A DNA stretch of 63,080 bases, from positions 1 to 63,080 of IMG/VR virus record IMGVR_UViG_3300022562_000858; one strand, written 5' to 3'. The notes under the pieces were generated by a model. It had not been told where the DNA came from and did no database searches. It saw only the letters and a list, made by a program, of their open reading frames with translations. Position 1 is the stretch's first letter; every line of letters begins with the position of its first letter. This document shows, piece by piece, positions 61,720 through 63,080 of the stretch. The translations under genes and the position numbers were made by a program. The stretch comes from a virus (Duplodnaviria; Caudoviricetes).

Positions 61720-62997
61720 TTACAACGACACCACTGCTGCGTCGGACAGGTCGCCCTTGATGATGCGGAGGTTCTTGATGGAGCCGGATTGGAAGTTGGC
61801 GCTGTTCCCGTCATTCCCCACGCCAAACGTAGCCGCTACTGTCGCATCTGTGGCTGTGGCGTCTCCGGTGCCCTTCACATCATCGACCCATATATCTGTT
61901 CCGTTGGGACCAAGGCGCATCTTGATATCGTAGGTCGTCCCCACGACGTAGTTCAGCGCCTTGGTAGCGTCGTTGTTGACACCGGCGATCCGCTTTCTGC
62001 CGATGATGTTGGTGCCGTCGTGGAGTATTCCTACAGCGTTACTGGCATCGGTATAGTTCCCGGGAAGCCAGATCGTCCCCTGGTCGTCTACGCTCGGCGT
62101 CCAGTCGAATGCGATAACGAAATCGTTGGCTAGACCAGACGGCCATGTGTAACTCAGGTCGTCGGCGTTGCGGGTGACTGATGCGGTAGTCGTGGGAATG
62201 AATGTCGTCGGGTATGTGACATTTGACTCCAATTGACACGCATCAACCACAATGCTACCGGTCAGGGTGGCATCGAGATTTGCCCCAAGAGTCGTGTGTC
62301 CTGCGGCGGGCTTAATACGCAAATTAAGCGAAGTATTACCGCTGGTGTTGTTCGTAATCGTTATCGACACGCGCCACCAATCACCATCGTCGGTAACGAC
62401 ATGCGACCCATTAGAGGTCAGGCGTACTCCCGTATCTCCGGTCTTAGTATTAAGTTGAACACGCTCGGCCAGAGTCGTTCCGCCTGATATGTAATACTCT
62501 AGCTCGGGGAACCGCGTCTCGTCGTTGTCCTTGAGAACGAAAATCTGAACGGTGTGCGAATTATTGTCGTTAGCGACCGTCCAAGAGTGGGTGATGAACG
62601 CAGCACTCGCAGCATCGCTGTCAGTCAACGTGTGCGCTGTATTAGCAGCGCCATCTATTCCGGTCTGATTCGCTGTGGCAGTGATCGTGCCAGACTTAAC
62701 CCAATACCCGTCATCGAAATCCCTCGACCGCAACGCCAGATTCGTTCTCTGCGGCTCCCCAAACCATCCGTTGGCGGAGAACCGCGCCGTGCCGGACGAC
62801 ACGGATGCGTAGTCGTCGGGATCGAGGGCAGTGGTGGCGCGGACGAAGGTCTGTCCCGATCCAATCGTCGGTGTAATTGCCGTCAGCAGCGGCGCAAAGA
62901 ACACGACATCCAGCCCGAGCTGCTTCGCGGTAAACAGGCCCGACGCCATGCCGCCGCCACGGCAGGTGAACGGGTTATGTACGAGTGGGCTGAACAT
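61720..62997 (-). CDS. Fibre/spike protein with lectin-like domains (425 aa)
   Basis: EPQRTNLALRS, QLE..YPTTFIPTT..VTRNAD, LamG-like C-terminus; lower GC. Confidence 0.8.
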   Translation of the reverse strand: MFSPLVHNPFTCRGGGMASGLFTAKQLGLDVVFFAPLLTAITPTIGSGQTFVRATTALDPDDYASVSSGTARFSANGWFGEPQRTNLALRSRDFDDGYWVKSGTITATANQTGIDGAANTAHTLTDSDAASAAFITHSWTVANDNNSHTVQIFVLKDNDETRFPELEYYISGGTTLAERVQLNTKTGDTGVRLTSNGSHVVTDDGDWWRVSITITNNTSGNTSLNLRIKPAAGHTTLGANLDATLTGSIVVDACQLESNVTYPTTFIPTTTASVTRNADDLSYTWPSGLANDFVIAFDWTPSVDDQGTIWLPGNYTDASNAVGILHDGTNIIGRKRIAGVNNDATKALNYVVGTTYDIKMRLGPNGTDIWVDDVKGTGDATATDATVAATFGVGNDGNSANFQSGSIKNLRIIKGDLSDAAVVSL

Positions 62998-63080
62998 CAC
63001 TTGTAGTACGCGAGGGTGACTTCGACGCCAGCGGGCGCGATGATGCTGATCGTCGTTTCGCTGATCCCGCTCAGGCGCCA
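62937..63080. repeat. Terminal direct repeat, copy 2
   Basis: Identical to 1-144. Confidence 0.97.

Overview
The window is a complete, circularly assembled temperate tailed-phage genome. Bases 1-144 repeat exactly at 62937-63080, giving a unit length of about 62,936 bp, and it is GC-rich. The virion module is podovirus-like: TerS, TerL, portal, scaffold, capsid, adaptor and nozzle, candidate ejection proteins, and no tape-measure or sheath gene seen. It ends in a 3782-aa DarB-like polyvalent protein (inorganic pyrophosphatase-like, N6-adenine methyltransferase, SNF2 helicase, HExxH peptidase, LPD38-like). The rest is lambdoid: a cI/cro/cII switch with palindromic operators, replication initiator with DnaB, ERF/exonuclease/SSB recombination genes, xis/int with an attP carrying the 3' half of tRNA-Pro(GGG), and a lysis cassette with an M15 endolysin and spanins. 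Most notable: (i) two small genes with their own Shine-Dalgarno sites overprinted in the +1 frame inside the giant gene, one TnpV-like; (ii) a four-unit repeated hairpin array in the scaffold leader; (iii) an inverted cassette island of small genes with its own promoter next to terS; (iv) an atypical tRNA-Met(CAT) beside a degenerate tRNA; (v) a candidate leaderless antisense membrane peptide. Family assignments come from motif recognition only; no searches were run.
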